64,000 nt of DNA from Octopus bimaculoides (GCF_001194135.2 NC_068989.1:69130969-69194968), one strand, 5' to 3'. Numbered from the stretch's first letter, positions 9,695 through 22,363 are shown. Notes: a model not told the origin generated them from the letters alone. Program-made: numbers and translations.

Positions 9695-10758
9695 CATTTT
9701 CATTGCAGACTGCAGGGTCATGTTCAATAACGGTGGTGTCAAGTGAATTTAAGGTCTCTTTAACAAGGTTCGCAGCAGTGATGTCGATTTCATTTGCCTC
9801 TTGAGATTTCTCAGATGTAGCAGAACTAACATTTTTACAAGTATCATTAGAATCGGAAACATTTTTTATATCTGCCTCTGAGCTTGTTTGAATGGCTTTG
9901 TTTTTATTGGGCCAACTGGATAGAGAAAACCAATCAAGACCAGGTGGAGCCTCGACATCATCGACAAAATCACTCTCAGTCTGAATACCTTTATCTTTAT
10001 GCATATCATCACAGAAAGGACTGTTCTTTGTGGCTTCCAGTATTCGTTTCCGCCATTTCTTGTTCACTTCCTTCAGCGTCCGACCAATTCTGTCCTGCAG
10101 CAGTTTTACAAGACGTAAACACGAGTCCTTTGTATTTTCATTCCACTTTGTACAATCGGGATTGAAATTTTTAAAGTCCTGAGTTGAAAAGATCAACTCG
10201 TCAAAGTCCAATTGTGTGTTTGGGTCTGGAGAACTCCCTGCTTCTGTCTTTTTATTTGTTGGAGATTTCCGAGTAACCGGATTATCTGAAATACCAGAAC
10301 TACAGGCCGAGCTTTCATTTGTGGCACTTGACCCTGAGTCTTTGGAACTATCCTCTTTGGTTGTCATATTTGCTTTGTCTACACTTGATTCCTTACCAGC
10401 AACATTTGAGATGTATTGTTTTGTTGCCATCAATAAATTTGATGGCCGTTTGTTTGGAGAAGTTGTAAGTGGTATACAGCTGTCAGAGTGACTGTTACAT
10501 GCTGTGTTAGTATTCAGCCGTTTGTGAATCTCCTCAGAGATTTGTAAAACCAAATCATTGATATCGGGATCGACGAAATGATACATTTTTAACAACATAT
10601 CGAGACTTTGGCAGTTATAGAACATTTTGAGAACATTGTAAGGGTAGCCCGGATCGTTGTTCTTGATCAAAGTCAAAAGGCGAGACAAAGCTCTGTTACC
10701 ACGCTGAATTAAATTATCCAAATGCTCCTTCCGTTCATCATATGTTCCACATCGTGAA
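9695..10758 (-). CDS. UBE2O: UBE2O large exon, 1064 nt (phase 2-1)
   Basis: Open frame of 354 codons containing the tracked 343-aa ORF; phases fit both neighbours. Helical segments (e.g. DSCLRLVKLLQDRIGRTLKEVNKKW) alternate with Ser/Thr/Asp-rich linkers. Acceptor at 10759-10760, GTTAGT donor. Confidence 0.85.
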
Positions 10759-12045
10759 CTAGAAGAAATTAAACAGAAGATATTTAAGGTATATAAAACA
10801 CAACTTCAGAAAATACAACAACAAATAATTATATATAAAAAAAAATAATGTTTATTTGTCAGAATTAAATTATAAATCAAGCAAATGAAATAATCACAAC
10901 AAAACTCAGATTTTGATCATAGAGAAATCTGTTATCAAATTAAGATTGTATATGCAGTTTCTTGATAAAATCTATAGTTAAAAGATAGATTACAATGTAC
11001 TGATTTTCTCCCTACTCATTGATTGCTATATGAATATTGAAAATTGCATTATTAGTTATTACAATTAATATTATAATTACCTAGAGAGTGATAGGCAGAA
11101 CCAGTACTAAGTTGTAATAGTATTTAATTCTATCTCACCATGTTCCGTAGGGGAAGGAGTTCAATATTACTCCCCAATTCTGAATAATAACACAAGTACC
11201 TGTTGACAACTGAGGTTGATTCAATCCATTATGCCACTCACTGGCCAATATATGGCTGGGACCAATGTTAAAAATCATTATTATAATTATTGTTACAACC
11301 AGTAATACTGATGCAGTCCAACAGTAAAGCTGGTAGCAAACATATTTCACAGTCCAATTCTGCTTCACTCACATTACCAAAGGTTTTGCTAAATAAATGA
11401 ACATCAGTTCCCATTATACTTTTATTCCTTTGACTACCGCCATGCTGGAGTACCACTTTAAGGGGTTTTAGTCAAACAAATCGACCCCAGGACTTATTCT
11501 TTATAAGCCTAGTACTTGTTCTATCAGTCTCTTTTTCCAAACCACTAAGTTACAGGGACGTAAACACACCAACATTAGTGGTCAAGCGATGGTGAAGGGG
11601 AAGACAACAAACACACAAATACACACACACATACGACAGACTTCTTTCAGTTTCTGTCAACCATATAATTATAAATCTGATGGTTCTTGTTAAGAAATAA
11701 CTTGTATTCCATCATAGAAATCATGTCAAAAGTAGAACATATGAATAAAACAAGACTCCAAAAGCTGCATTGCAGGCTATTCATTTAAGAGAGGAGCAAT
11801 TAAAAATAATTGCTACAGAGTAAAAGGGACATTTTAGTCTTGTTTCAGATAAACTCTAGTGGCAGTGGAATGATAAAGTGCATCCAGTCCATACAGGAAA
11901 GTGGTTGGTGACAAGAAGAACATTCAGCTGTACAAAGCATACAAAAACAAGGCAAAATAATATGAACGTACACAGGATGTGAATTCCACAAACTGCATCA
12001 TAGGCTTTCTATCTAGCTACAGACAACTTCTCTTGTTGCCTGTCG

Positions 12046-12076
<31 letters not shown>

Positions 12077-13779
12077 TCTGTACGACTCTTACTCTTTCTT
12101 TTAGCCTCCTTCACATTTTCTTCATTCTTCCCACTTTCCTTTTCTCACTCCCCCTCTCTCACATTTCTTGGCCTTTCCTTCATTCTCACTTTCCCTCCTC
12201 TTTTACCTCACTCAGTCCCTTTCCTTTCTTTTTCTCTCTTTCTCGTCCCACCCTAATTCTTCAATCCCTCTGCCCCCTACCTCTCTCCTCTCCTTCCACA
12301 TGACCGGTGTTACGCCAAGCCTGACCTTTCTTTCTTGGTTCAACTACCATCCATGTAGCATCTCTTATATTCATTCCCATGACTTCTATCTCTTATGTTT
12401 TTGCCGTAAGGCTTCACTCCCACACACGCCAGCTTAATTTGAATCGTCCTTAGTCGAAAGACACTTGTTGTTTGTATTTGTAATCATGTACCATTTCTCT
12501 GTTTTTTTCTGTCCTTGTTTTTGTATATATTTGCTTGCTTTCTTCTAAGGAGTTGAGTGCTCTTAGCTTAGATTTTCTTGGAGCAGGCCAGATTGGATAC
12601 ATATACATGTAAGAAAATAAAAAGTAATAATAAGGCAGAATGCTAAACTGAAAGCATATTTTAATATAGATGTGTATAAGGATGATTAAAAAGGATTTCT
12701 AACCAGCTTTCATTGCATGGCAAATTTTCAAGAAGAGGGAAAATGAAAATAATGTTTTTTACAAAAAAATAAAAAATATATAAAAAAATAAATATACCAA
12801 TACATTATATTGTCTTTGAGCTTTTAAAGTTCAATGGTAATCCATGTAGATAATTGTTAGAAAGATTAGGATGCATGTAATTAAAATTAATGTTGTGTTT
12901 AAAAANNNNNNNNNNNNNNNNNNNNNNNNNNNNNNNNNNNNNNNNNNNNNNNNNNNNNNNNNNNNNNNNNNNNNNNNNNNNNNNNNNNNNNNNNNNNNNN
13001 NNNNNNNNNNNNNNNNNNNNNNNNNNNNNNNNNNNNNNNNNNNNNNNNNNNNNNNNNNNNNNNNNNNNNNNNNNNNNNNNNNNNNNNNNNNNNNNNNNNN
13101 NNNNNNNNNNNNNNNNNNNNNNNNNNNNNNNNNNNNNNNNNNNNNNNNNNNNNNNNNNNNNNNNNNNNNNNNNNNNNNNNNNNNNNNNNNNNNNNNNNNN
13201 NNNNNNNNNNNNNNNNNNNNNNNNNNNNNNNNNNNNNNNNNNNNNNNNNNNNNNNNNNNNNNNNNNNNNNNNNNNNNNNNNNNNNNNNNNNNNNNNNNNN
13301 NNNNNNNNNNNNNNNNNNNNNNNNNNNNNNNNNNNNNNNNNNNNNNNNNNNNNNNNNNNNNNNNNNNNNNNNNNNNNNNNNNNNNNNNNNNNNNNNNNNN
13401 NNNNNNNNNNNNNNNNNNNNNNNNNNNNNNNNNNNNNNNNNNNNNNNNNNNNNNNNNNNNNNNNNNNNNNNNNNNNNNNNNNNNNNNNNNNNNNNNNNNN
13501 NNNNNNNNNNNNNNNNNNNNNNNNNNNNNNNNNNNNNNNNNNNNNNNNNNNNNNNNNNNNNNNNNNNNNNNNNNNNNNNNNNNNNNNNNNNNNNNNAATC
13601 CCACCATTTACTTATATACATCAGGTTGGTGCAAAAGTAATGTCCGATTTCTAGAAAAAATGTTTCAGAGCGAATTTATCAATTTTTTAACCTTTTATAG
13701 ATTTAAGATATTCAAAAGGAGTCTGTATTCTGTAATAAAGAGAGACTCTTTATGAATTCAAGGATGATACAACCTGTAG

Positions 13780-14880
13780 CCAACAAATTAGTAGAGGGGA
13801 AAAAATTCTGAAGCTTGGATTTTTGTTATTGGTGCAAATGTCGATGAATGCAATTTTTCTATTTTTTTAAATTTTGATCTGGGATCTGTGCAGAGCCATC
13901 CTTTGACATAGACAGTTTTTTGTTTGGCCTATGTATTTTCTCTTGGCACCCAGAGCAGGTTAGTGCGTATATCAGGTTCTCTGAAGCAGAATGTGAAGCT
14001 GCTTTTCACTGTGAAATGTTGTCCCTGTTTGAAGGAGAACTCTGATCCCTCAACTAAATTTACACATATACCACAGTTGGGTCTTCCGTATTTCTTTACT
14101 GACGGCTTCAGTGTTGTTGTTGAGCATATTCGGGCTTGTGTTAGGAGACTTTTCATAGATTTAAACTGTCTCTTGCTTTTTATGATGGCGTGCGTTTGGA
14201 GGATTAAGTTCATTCTGTGGTCCTTTTTTAGCAGGGTTTTGAAGGATGGTGTCGAAGGCTTCATTGTTAAGAGGGTTGTGTATGGAGATGTATGGTAGGG
14301 CTTTTGGTTGTAAATGTCTGAATTCGTGGATGATGAGTAGGGCATGTTGAAAGCATATGTCAATTAGTAAAGGTGGGTAATTCTTGGTGATGAGTGTATC
14401 CTTTAGTTCATATAGTCGTGTATCTCTGGTGCTTGCATTAGAAACTATAGTACATATCCGTTTTGCTAGGTTGAAGGGGATATTTATTCTGGTGTGTCTG
14501 GGGTGGCATGAGATGAATGATAGATATTGCTTGGAGTCCGTGGGCTTATAGTATATATCTGTTTCTATTATGTTAGATTTCTTAATGAGGATGTTGAGGA
14601 AGGGAAGTTGCTGATGGCTATATTCCATCGTGAATTGAATGTTTACGTTAAGTCCATTTATAAGTGCTTGAAATTCTTTAAGTCTCTCTACTTTCATGCC
14701 AAAGAATGAAACAGTCATCCAGATATCTCTTCCAGTTATTTTCTATGTAGAGGGAGAATGGGCTGCCATATTTTTCTAGAACCTTACAATAAAGACTAAT
14801 TTCTAGATATCCCATGACTAGGTTAGCAAAAGTTAGAGGCAGTGGGTTTCACATGCAGGACCTGCTATTATAGGTGTCAA
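13780..14880 (-). mobile_element. Penelope-like element remnant: RT C-terminal half plus GIY-YIG endonuclease
   Basis: ANLVMGYLE...WKRYLDDCFILW (YLDD at 14714-14725), IYYKPTDSKQYLSFISCHP...IPFNLAKRICTIVS, CGIC, NLIYALTCSGC/YIGQT...QRMALHRSQIK. Multiple frameshifts; boundaries approximate. Confidence 0.88.
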
Positions 14881-14959
14881 TTTGAGGTCATTAGGAGAAG
14901 GGGACTTTGATTATTATGTCTGTGGCTATCCTGCATGCGTTACTTATTCTCTCACTTTT

Positions 14960-15150
14960 GTGTGTATGTATATATATATGCGTATATATATGTGTATGTA
15001 TGTATGTTTATGTGCATATGTATGTGTATATCTATGTATATATATATGTTTATATAGGTGTGTGTATATATGTATGTGTGTATATATGTATGTGTGTATA
15101 TATATATATATGCGTATATATATATGTGCGTATGTACATATATGTTTATG

Positions 15151-15190
<40 letters not shown>

Positions 15191-15212
15191 TATATATACA
15201 CATATGCACACA
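14960..15212. repeat. Compound (TA)/(TG)/(CA) microsatellite
   Basis: Directly visible dinucleotide mosaic. Confidence 0.95.
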
Positions 15213-15419
15213 CTAATATAAAGGGGCTGCTTCTCTTACACAAATACCTTATAAGACGCTTCTAGTAAAATGGCAAAATAGAAGCAAAGCAAAACAAGGT
15301 TCCTGGTTTCTCTGGGAAAGTAGTAACTTTCTAGCAAAACTGATCTGGTTTATGATGTCCTGTTCCATGCATGGTAAAATGGATGTGTGAATAATTATGA
15401 TGATGACAATGATACTTAC

Positions 15420-15574
15420 CTCTGTTCTGCAGCAGGTTTTGGAGATGGAGATTTAGGCTCTAAAGTATCTGGATCTATTTCCTCTTCATTTTCTGTCACC
15501 CAACTACAATCACTGATGTTATCGTCGTCATCATCATCATCTTCAGAAGATTCATCAGAACTGATTTCACTCAG
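15420..15574 (-). CDS. UBE2O: UBE2O exon, acidic segment (phase 0-2)
   Basis: LSEISSDESSEDDDDDDDNISDCSWVTENEEEIDPDTLEPKSPSPKPAAEQ(R), similar to the human acidic SDSWETD region. CAG acceptor, GTAAGT donor. Confidence 0.88.
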
Positions 15575-15603
15575 CTGACAAAACCAAATAACACAAATTA
15601 ACA

Positions 15604-15645
<42 letters not shown>

Positions 15646-15920
15646 CAAAAATTGTGAAAAACAACAAACAGGATTATTCTTCATTTTTACACTATTTTTT
15701 TCCCCATCCTAGTAATGGAAAAACAAACATTGAGCAATTTGTTTTACAGTCAGATGTCCTTCCTGTTGCTAACCCTTACCTGTTTCTCAGATACGGAGGC
15801 ACATCTTCAAAGGCACAAAATCAGAAGACGAATTGTTGACAGGAAAATGACCATATCACCACTTGCAGTTTAGCAGCTTTCAGACAAGCATAATGTAAAC
15901 AAAATCATATGCACACACAC

Positions 15921-16069
15921 GAAGAGCTTCTTTCTACTAAATCTACTAACAAAGATTAGGTTGGCCTGAGGCTACAAAAGACTCTTATCCAAAATATTGT
16001 GGTGTGAGATTGAACCTGAAACCACATGGTTGGGAAATGAACTTCTTCACCTTACAGTCATGCCTGCAC
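15921..16069 (-). mobile_element. tRNA-derived SINE, reverse orientation
   Basis: Reverse complement of the common head (...aaccacatggttgggaa...cagtcatgcctgcac). Confidence 0.65.
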
Positions 16070-16699
16070 CTTTACCTCAACTAAATATTTATACAAGGAA
16101 ATTTGGTTAGAACCTCAAGATATTCTGAACTCAAAAGCATCATTTTACACACACACAAGACTGCTAAAACCTTTCACTTAAAAAGAAAATCAAAATTCAA
16201 CTCCAATCCCTATTAATTATTTAATAAATAGAGTTTTAATAATAAATAAGGCTTCAATATCAAAAAAACTCATTTTCCAAAGAGACAAGAAAACTGCTGC
16301 ATTAAAATGTTTAAAGTACTTACAGCTACTGTATTCATTGTGCTCTCAGAAGACAATTTGAATCATCATCATCATTTAGTGTGCAATTACCATGCTGGCA
16401 TCGTTTCTACAGCTGGATGCCCTTCCTAATGCCAACTACACCAAGAGTGTAGAGGATGCCTTTTACATGTCACTAACATGAATCCCTTTTATGCGTTACC
16501 ATCATGGGTGCCAGTTAGTGACAACTGAACAGGTGCGTTTTATGTGTCACTGGCACAGGTCCTTTTAAGTGTCACCAACACAGGTGCCTCTTACATGTCA
16601 CTGGCACTGTCCACGACTACGATTTCACTTGGCCTGAAGAGTCTTCTCATGCTCAGCAAACTTCCAATAGTCTTCATCATCTGTCATCGTCTCCATGAG

Positions 16700-16900
16700 A
16701 CCCAACATCTAAAGATCATGCTTCACAACCTCATCCCATGTTTTCCTGGGTCTATTTCTTTGACAGCTGTCCTCATCCATGCACATCACATGACCAAACC
16801 AGCACAGTATTCTCTCTTGCACACATCTGATGCTTCTTAGGCTCAATTTTTCTCTCAAGACACTTACACTGTTGTACATGCACATCCAGTGAAGCATACT
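16700..16900 (-). mobile_element. RTE-clade LINE 3' coding fragment
   Basis: SLRSIRCVQERILCWFGHVMCMDEDSC...RPRKTWDEVVKHDL, typical of the RTE ORF C-terminus (WFGHV...GRPRKTW). Confidence 0.75.
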
Positions 16901-17084
16901 AGCTTTGTTTTTTTTTCAAGCTTCCCCATGTCTTCTGCAGTCACAGTCCATTTTTCACTGCTTTGTAGAATGCTGTGTAGCATAGCACACATGCATCTCA
17001 AGGGCCTTTGAGTCATAGGTCTACTTGATCAAGACTAACCTGGGGCTAAACAACAATTATAAACGAAAGAACATGAAAACTAAC

Positions 17085-17219
17085 CTCATCTCCAACAATA
17101 AAAAGCTCTTGTGGGTAGCAGCAAGAAACTTTACTACTTGGCCATTTGATTAGAACAAACCCCTGAGGATCCAGCTGATATACCTGACCAGCAGCTTCCA
17201 CATCACCATTGCTGTTCTC
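17085..17219 (-). CDS. UBE2O: UBE2O exon (phase 0-0)
   Basis: ENSNGDVEAAGQVYQLDPQGFVLIKWPSSKVSCCYPQELFIVGDE, similar to human SVGQVARVDVSSKVEVVWADNSKTIILPQHLY. GTTAGT donor. Confidence 0.9.
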
Positions 17220-18331
17220 CTATAAATAAGAAAAAAGGATAAAGATTAAAAAAAAATAAACAGCCACTTGGGTCATTATATTTCACCCTCAATGCACTCA
17301 TTTTCAAGATATTCTCCTAAACGTTCTGTTATGAAGTATTTTTGAAGCAGTCACAGCATCATCTTTAATCGTATTTGTTTCAGTCACCAGATTGCAGCCA
17401 TGCTGGGACTCTGTCTTGATAAATTATAGTCAAAAAATTTACTCCAGTGTTTATCATTTTCTATAAAACCTGACACTTAATCTATCAGTCTCAATCGTCA
17501 AACTTCTAGGTTACAAGAATGTAAACACACCAACAACAGTTGTCAAGGACAAACACACACAGATTATATATATTTATATACACATTTATATATATACTAG
17601 CAGAAGTGCTCGTCGTTGCTCAGGGCTGAATTGCTTTAAAGTACTGTTAATGAGGTTGGGAAGCAAACTTCTTACCACACAAACAAACCTATGGCCTATT
17701 CATAATATTCACAAAACAAGATGTAATGGGTGTCTTGAGGAAATTTCGAACACTGGGTTCTCATTCCTAAGGTATTTTTCGATATTATTATTAATATTAT
17801 TATTATTAACAACAAACAAGATGAGGACAAATATCTGTCAAATGTAAATAATGTACATAATTCCTGATCTCTTAAATATAGAACAACATGTAATAGGGTT
17901 TAAACTTCATCACAATATGTTTCACATTCTAAATAACAAGAAACATTCTAATTTAACACTGCTCAACTAAAACTAGGTACCATTTTCCTGTTTGAAGCAA
18001 AGAATATAAATCACTTCCATTAAATAAAAGGTTCAAGAAAGAAATGCCATAAGATTTGTACAAAAAGTAAAGTTTCTCCTTTTAAGTGCAAATAATATTT
18101 GTTTATGAAGCATCAACAGTTGGAAACTACAGCATTTCTAATCCAATCTTAGTTATACAATAATAAGACAATTATAATTAGGATTAGGAAGGGTATCCAG
18201 ATATAGAAACTGTACCAAAACGGACAATTGGAGCCTGGACAGCTCCTGTCAAGCCGTCCAATCCATGCCAGTATGGAAAACGGACATTAAACAATGATGA
18301 TGAATAAGACAACAATTGATAAACTGCTTAC

Positions 18332-18440
18332 CTCTGCACCATCAACTCTGATAACTGCATACCCTGGCCGGTACTTGTAATAAGGATGGTCTTTAATGTC
18401 ATACACACTCACTTCACTTTTTAGCGATATTTCTTCAGGT
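18332..18440 (-). CDS. UBE2O: UBE2O exon (phase 2-0)
   Basis: PEEISLKSEVSVYDIKDHPYYKYRPGYAVIRVDGAE, similar to human EEDVSVYDIADHPDFRFRTTDIVIRIG. GTAAGC donor. Confidence 0.92.
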
Positions 18441-18762
18441 CTGACAAAGAAAAAGAAAATAATCGTAAAGCAATACATGAAAACAAAATCAAGTTAAAAA
18501 ATTTCACATAAATAAGCAAATCTATTTCCATATACACTCCACACCTATTCAATGACTCTGAAGAAAGATTCCCAATGCTGTCCCTGAGGGAATACAAAAC
18601 TTCAAGGAAGGAAGAAGTGGCTAAATGGTGGTTGTGATATCTATGACAATCTGTAAGGAATTTCATATCATGTAAATGATACAAAATATTATAATTGGAA
18701 ATGAAAAATTTGTTGTTGGCTTGAATTGGAAACTGAAAAACACTTCAATAAATTATTTTCAG

Positions 18763-18797
<35 letters not shown>

Positions 18798-19317
18798 GTG
18801 GAAGAGACCCTAATTCAGTTATTCTGTTGGATTTAGTCAAAGGACTATGGTCAAGCTAGAGTAACCCCTTATTGCTTTAAATGTATTAGCTAATCCCAGT
18901 GGTTTATCTGGTTACCGACCTCATAAAACACACACACAATAGGCAAGTCATCCTTGCCAGAAGGGAGATAACATGGTCTAACCCAAATACAAGATTTTTC
19001 CTTTTGTGATGACTGCACAAATTTGGTTTACCCACACACACACACACACACAACTGACAGGCTTCCAGTTCCATTGTACCAAATTTTACTTAAGGCAGAT
19101 GAACAGTGAGACTGAACCCAGATTCAGGAGGTTGCAAAGCCAACATCTTATCCACACAGCCATACTTGTCTATGTAACAACAGTTGGATACAACAAACAC
19201 AAACTTAACAAAAACAAAGACAAATGAAAACAAAACTGTTTGGAAAGGCTTTTAAATGCCAGCCCAAAGGACTCAAACCGACATGAAGGTCAATTTAATT
19301 TTAAAAAATAATAATGG

Positions 19318-19748
19318 TGCAGGCCTGGCTGTGTGGCAAGAAGCTTGCTTCCAAACCACATGGTTCCAGATCCAGTCCTATTGCATGGCACCTTGAGCAA
19401 GTGTCTTCAACTATAGCCTCAGGCTGACCAAAGCCTTGTGAGTGGATTTGGTGAACAAACTGAAAGAAGCTCCTCATGTATGTATGCATGTATGTATGTA
19501 TGTGTGTGTGTATATGTATGTGTATACATAAAAGATACCATTTCGAGCGTGGCCATTTTCGTGCGGGTGACACGTAAAAGCACCCACTACACTCTCTGAG
19601 TGGTTGGCGTTAGGAAGGGCATCCAGCTGTAGAAACTCTGCCAAATTAGATTGGAGCCTGGTGTTGCCATCCGGTTTCACCAGTCCTCAGTCAAATCGTC
19701 CAACCCATGCTAGCATGGAAAGCGGACGTTAAACGATGATGATGATGA
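19318..19748 (+). mobile_element. tRNA-derived SINE with microsatellite and conserved 3' tail
   Basis: Head gcaggcctggctgtgtggcaagaagcttgcttcc...; tail ...aacccatgctagcatggaaagcggacgttaaacgatgatgat. Confidence 0.75.
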
Positions 19749-20067
19749 TATATGTATAGATATGCGTGTGTCTGGGTGTGTGCATGTATGTATATCTGTG
19801 TTTGTCCCCCCATTACCACTTGACAACTGATGTTGGTGTGTTTACATCCTCGTAACTTAGCAGTTCAGCAAAAGAGACAGAATAAGTACTAGGTAGTGCT
19901 CCAGCATGGCTGCAATCAAATGACTGAAACAAGTGAAAGAATAAATAAAAGCAGCTCTCGCGTTTTTGAGCATATTACATTTTACAATATTTATAGCAGT
20001 TGTTAACACTAGGCCATTGAACAAGGGTTAATAAGGGTATTTAACTGATTTGCTTCTCAAAACTAAC

Positions 20068-20173
20068 CTATTAGATTTCCCAGCGTCATAAACTTTCATC
20101 CATTTTACCAAACAGGTCCTTTCGGCATGATTGCAACTATAAACCACCCCATAGATATTACTGGTAGCAGAAT
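20068..20173 (-). CDS. UBE2O: UBE2O exon (phase 1-2)
   Basis: (D)SATSNIYGVVYSCNHAERTCLVKWMKVYDAGKSN(R), similar to human VYGVVQSGDHIGRTCMVKWFK. TTTCAG acceptor, GTTAGT donor. Confidence 0.92.
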
Positions 20174-20518
20174 CTGAAAAAAAGTCACAAATCACATAAA
20201 AAATTTGGTTCCTAACATATGAAGTAGGAGCATATTCGATAGTTAACTGTAAACATGAAGTCTGGGTCTGGCAACTATAAAATGTGGACAAAACCTTATT
20301 TTCAACAAGTCATGAATTAAAGAATTTAACCAGCAATAAATTTCTTTCCTTGCAAATTCAAATATTAGACGAGTCACTTCACTGAAGACATTGAATAAAG
20401 ATGCTGAAACAATTATCAAAAAATACGTTAAGCCAAAAAACATTTTTGAGAGAGAAAGAGGGAAGAGAAAGAAAGAAAGAGAGAGAGAGAGAAAGAGAGC
20501 AAGAGAAAGAAAGCTTAC

Positions 20519-20621
20519 CCTTTGCATCCAAAACATAATCTCCAGGAAAAAATTCTAATTCATCTAAATGGTGAATAGGAAATAATTCTGGAGATGGTAT
20601 CCCTATTTCTATTGAACCATC
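20519..20621 (-). CDS. UBE2O: UBE2O exon (phase 0-1)
   Basis: DGSIEIGIPSPELFPIHHLDELEFFPGDYVLDAK, similar to human DGSVECNIRSNDLFPVHHLDNNEFCPGDFVVDK. GTAAGC donor. Confidence 0.93.
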
Positions 20622-20785
20622 CTATAGAAAAACAATTTAGAACACTTTACTAAAAAAAATTTTGGTGTTTTTTTTGTTCATGATTACAAAAAAACAAAAC
20701 ACAAATTATTGATCATTAATTGCTGTCAACATATTTTAGTAACAATAGTAAAACAGTACAAACTTCAAGCTTATATTATTACTGT

Positions 20786-20968
20786 TTAACCCTTTAGTTA
20801 CCATATTTCTATTGAAATGTAGTGTCTTTGTTTCATTATTAATCTGGTATTTGGAACATAAATTAACATGGAATTTTGAGGGAAGGTTTTAACTTAAATC
20901 ACTTTAAAACAAAGATTATATCATTGACTCAGAGGCAGCCTAAGGTATGTCGGTATCATAAAGGTTAA
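20786..20968. mobile_element. TTAA-flanked MITE (piggyBac-like ends)
   Basis: TTAA-ccctttagttacc ... ggtatcataaagg-TTAA; interior related to the 52162-52389 and ~47416-47640 copies. Confidence 0.55.
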
Positions 20969-22363
20969 ACAGATTAAGGATTCTGATGAGTTCCATTTCT
21001 GTGTTGCTAACATCACTTCTCATACATGAAGTAGCAACAGTTTATGCAGAAAAGTTGACTAGCTAATACCAAAGCCTAGTAAAATATTTATTGAGCAGCT
21101 ACTTTAACTTTTAACCCTTTTGATACCAACCCACCTGAGACTGCTCTTGGATCTATGATACAACTTTGTTTCAAAGTGATCTAAATTTAAACCATCAAAA
21201 TTTCATGTTATGTTTCAAACACTAAATTTTCGTTTTACTAAATTCTTTTTTTAATTTTTACTAAATTCTTCATTATTTTTGTTTTACTAAATTTTTCATT
21301 ATTTTCAAAATTAATTAAAACAAAGGTAATTAGTTTCATGGGTTAAATTAATTATTAAAAGAAAAATTCTTATATTATAAAAATTTAGTGTAAGGTAATG
21401 AGAAAAAATTCTTCTTTTACAGTTAAATGTCACTACAAAAGTTTCCACCGAAGCTTAATTCTAATAAAAAACAAAATTACAAGCTTGGAAACTGTAAAAA
21501 TGTATTTTTATTAATATTACAGTAAAAAACAGCTGACCCATATCATAGGAGCTGAATAGTAAGTCAGAATACAACAACAACATATCTTCAAATAAAATTT
21601 TCATCGTGAAATTAGAAACAAAATATTAAGTCAAATGCTCAAAAACAAAAAAAAGATAATTCCAAAGGGAAATTTAGTAACTAAAACAGGTTTTAAAATA
21701 TTTTGTATTCAGAAAATACATCAGGTGTTTCTATTGTTATTGCAAACTACTTTCAGAGCATCATCAGAAACTTCACCATCTTTCAATGTTGGCATAAAAT
21801 TCAGGGCATTTAGGCTAGCTCTCTATTTTGCAGATAACTACCACCCAACACAAACACTTCTGCCTGACTTCTGCCTGTCTCAGAGGTATTAAAAAAGATT
21901 ATGGCTTCTACTCTTTTCTTCTGAATAAGTAAGCTGCAGACATGGTTGTATAGTTATGAAGCTTGTTTCACAGCCATGTAGTTTCAGGTTCAGTGTAACA
22001 GTGCAGTATCTTGTGGAAATGTCTTCTACTATAAACCAGGGGCAAATAAAGCCTTGTGAGTGAATTTGATAGACAAGATTCACTATCATACAAGCAAAGC
22101 TGTGGAACTGAACCCAAAACCTTGTGGTTGGGAAGCAAATTTCAATGATTTTGGGAAGAAAAAATAATATACATAAACAGGTGCAGGTGTGGCAAGAAGC
22201 TTCCTTCTTAACCAAATGATTCCGGGTTCATTCCCACTGCACCTTGGGCAAATGTCTTCTACTATAGCCTCAGGCCAACCAAAGCCTTGTGAGTGGATGT
22301 GGTAGACGGAAACTGAAAGAAACCTGTTTTTTGTGTGTGTGTGTGTGTATGTGTGTGTGTATA

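Noticed and set aside
14882-15265. ORFs rich in Y/I/C/V/H/T (also 42800-43317, 43683-44263 and 45982-46309)
   Set aside because: Translations of dinucleotide microsatellites.
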